DNA of 60,179 nucleotides, the filler included. It is 5 parts of 5 records of this genome, joined end to end, with 100 filler letters (N's around TTAATTAATTAA, not from the genome) between each part and the next. Parts side by side here need not be neighbours in the genome. Positions count along the whole stretch, not along the records: positions 55,012 to 60,179 come from SRR20825006_2301; 4 more parts are not named here. One strand, 5' to 3'. Below the pieces are notes generated by a model that worked only from the letters and a program-made list of their open reading frames with translations, had not been told where the DNA came from and searched no databases. Positions 59,187-60,179 of the stretch are shown here, in pieces (position 1 is the stretch's first letter; the number at the start of each line of letters is the position of its first letter). A program made the translations under genes and the position numbers.

Positions 59187-60179
59187 TTATCGCTTTGCCG
59201 GCTTGCCAAGAATGCGCAGGCGGCTGATCCCGCCATCCGGAATGGAATTGACGCGCAAATGTGATACCGGGCCGAGCTTGGCGATGACCGACGCATCAAA
59301 TTCGTGGATATGGTCGGCCTGCATTTTCTGTTCAGGCAAAATGGTTTGCCAGAACATCGAACGTGCGCGCAGCGACTTATCCTTTTCACCATCCACATAG
59401 GCGGCCTGAATGGAAACCCGGTCGGGATAGTTGCCCTTGAAGTGGCAGGTGTCGACGATGATTTTCTCGATCTCGCCAGGATGGCCGAGCTCAACGATAA
59501 GCCACTCGTTGCCGGGTTCGCGGCGGCGCCGTGTTTCCCAGCCATCACCCATATTGATGCCTCTGCCCGGGGCCATAATGGCATTCGGGTTGCCATAATG
59601 GGCATCTGACCATGTCAGGACCACGCCGCCATTGATCATGGCAGCCAGATCAACCTGATCGGCACTGCTTGCCATTTTTGACCAGTCCCGATCCGGGCGG
59701 CCATAAACGCGCAGACGGGCAATGCCGCCATCGGGATAGATATGCAGGCGGACATGGGTGAAAACGCCCTCTGCCGTGACATCAGCATAATGGTGGGCTT
59801 CTGCACCGACACCGGCACGCAACCCGATCGGGGCAACGATTTCGATCCAGGTCGTATCTTCGGCGGGATCACCATCCGGGCAATAGCATGCCTCTAGCGA
59901 TGCGGCGGGCGGGAAGTTGCCGGTGAAGTGGCTGGTATCGATATCGACACCGTAAATCCGGCCCGATGTTGCCAGCCGTACCACACAGTAATCATGACCT
60001 TCCACACGTTTCCGGCGGCTTTCCCAGCCATCCATCCACTTGCCATTGTCATCATATTTATCTGGATAAAAAATGGCATCGGCGGTTTGCAACATGCGTT
60101 GCTTGTCGGCAAAGAAATCATCAGTCGCAAAGATTGCTTCTGCGCCCAGACGTTCGTCGGCCAGATTGACAAAACGCCG
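59187..60179 (-). CDS. alc: Allantoicase (5' end beyond window)
   Basis: Two repeats of DGWE(S/T)RR, DT.HF.GN, PDGGI.RLR; frame open to window end. Confidence 0.94.
   Translation of the reverse strand, partial: RRFVNLADERLGAEAIFATDDFFADKQRMLQTADAIFYPDKYDDNGKWMDGWESRRKRVEGHDYCVVRLATSGRIYGVDIDTSHFTGNFPPAASLEACYCPDGDPAEDTTWIEIVAPIGLRAGVGAEAHHYADVTAEGVFTHVRLHIYPDGGIARLRVYGRPDRDWSKMASSADQVDLAAMINGGVVLTWSDAHYGNPNAIMAPGRGINMGDGWETRRRREPGNEWLIVELGHPGEIEKIIVDTCHFKGNYPDRVSIQAAYVDGEKDKSLRARSMFWQTILPEQKMQADHIHEFDASVIAKLGPVSHLRVNSIPDGGISRLRILGKPAKR

Noticed and set aside
58670-59605. Apparent 311-aa extended AllA or Alc-AllA fusion
   Set aside because: The extension overlaps alc in another frame; AllA homology starts at 59182.
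1-60179. CRISPR array, rRNA, prophage, retron or intact integrase/transposase
   Set aside because: No regularly spaced repeat-spacer array or corresponding protein motifs were seen by eye.

Overview
This window is not one locus. It is five unrelated contigs joined by artificial 100-nt spacers (N-run, TTAATTAATTAA, N-run) at 23001-23100, 31417-31516, 46515-46614 and 54912-55011. Taxonomic labels below are inferred from composition and protein style only. (1) 1-23000: AT-rich Flavobacteriaceae-like chromosome with fbp, mfd, metG, tex, recQ, ssb, TMEM175, peptidases and threonine dehydrogenase, ending in a tRNA-Asn fragment. (2) 23101-31416: plasmid/ICE-like piece with a HigBA-type toxin-antitoxin pair, an unknown-HTH-Toprim-ParA-ParB operon, three copies of an 18-bp palindrome (candidate parS) and a LysR/Rieske/MFS cargo. 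(3) 31517-46514: Hyphomicrobiales-like chromosome with map, radC, ccdA, rpe, purB/C/S/Q/L, REP/MITE-like elements and a putative EcfG-driven 28-aa peptide. (4) 46615-54911: Rhodobacteraceae-like accessory segment bounded by an identical 22-bp direct repeat. It carries a class II HMG-CoA reductase, TRAP transporter genes in the same apparent operon, a divergent MocR regulator and a CopG/esterase pair. (5) 55012-60179: Thalassospira-like chromosome with sdhB, DUF4153, a TPR lipoprotein, a HAD hydrolase, allA and alc. The best candidates for undescribed biology are the putative mevalonate-scavenging HMGR-TRAP-MocR module and its repeat-bounded cassette, the Toprim-ParAB module with its palindromes, and the stress-promoter small peptide.
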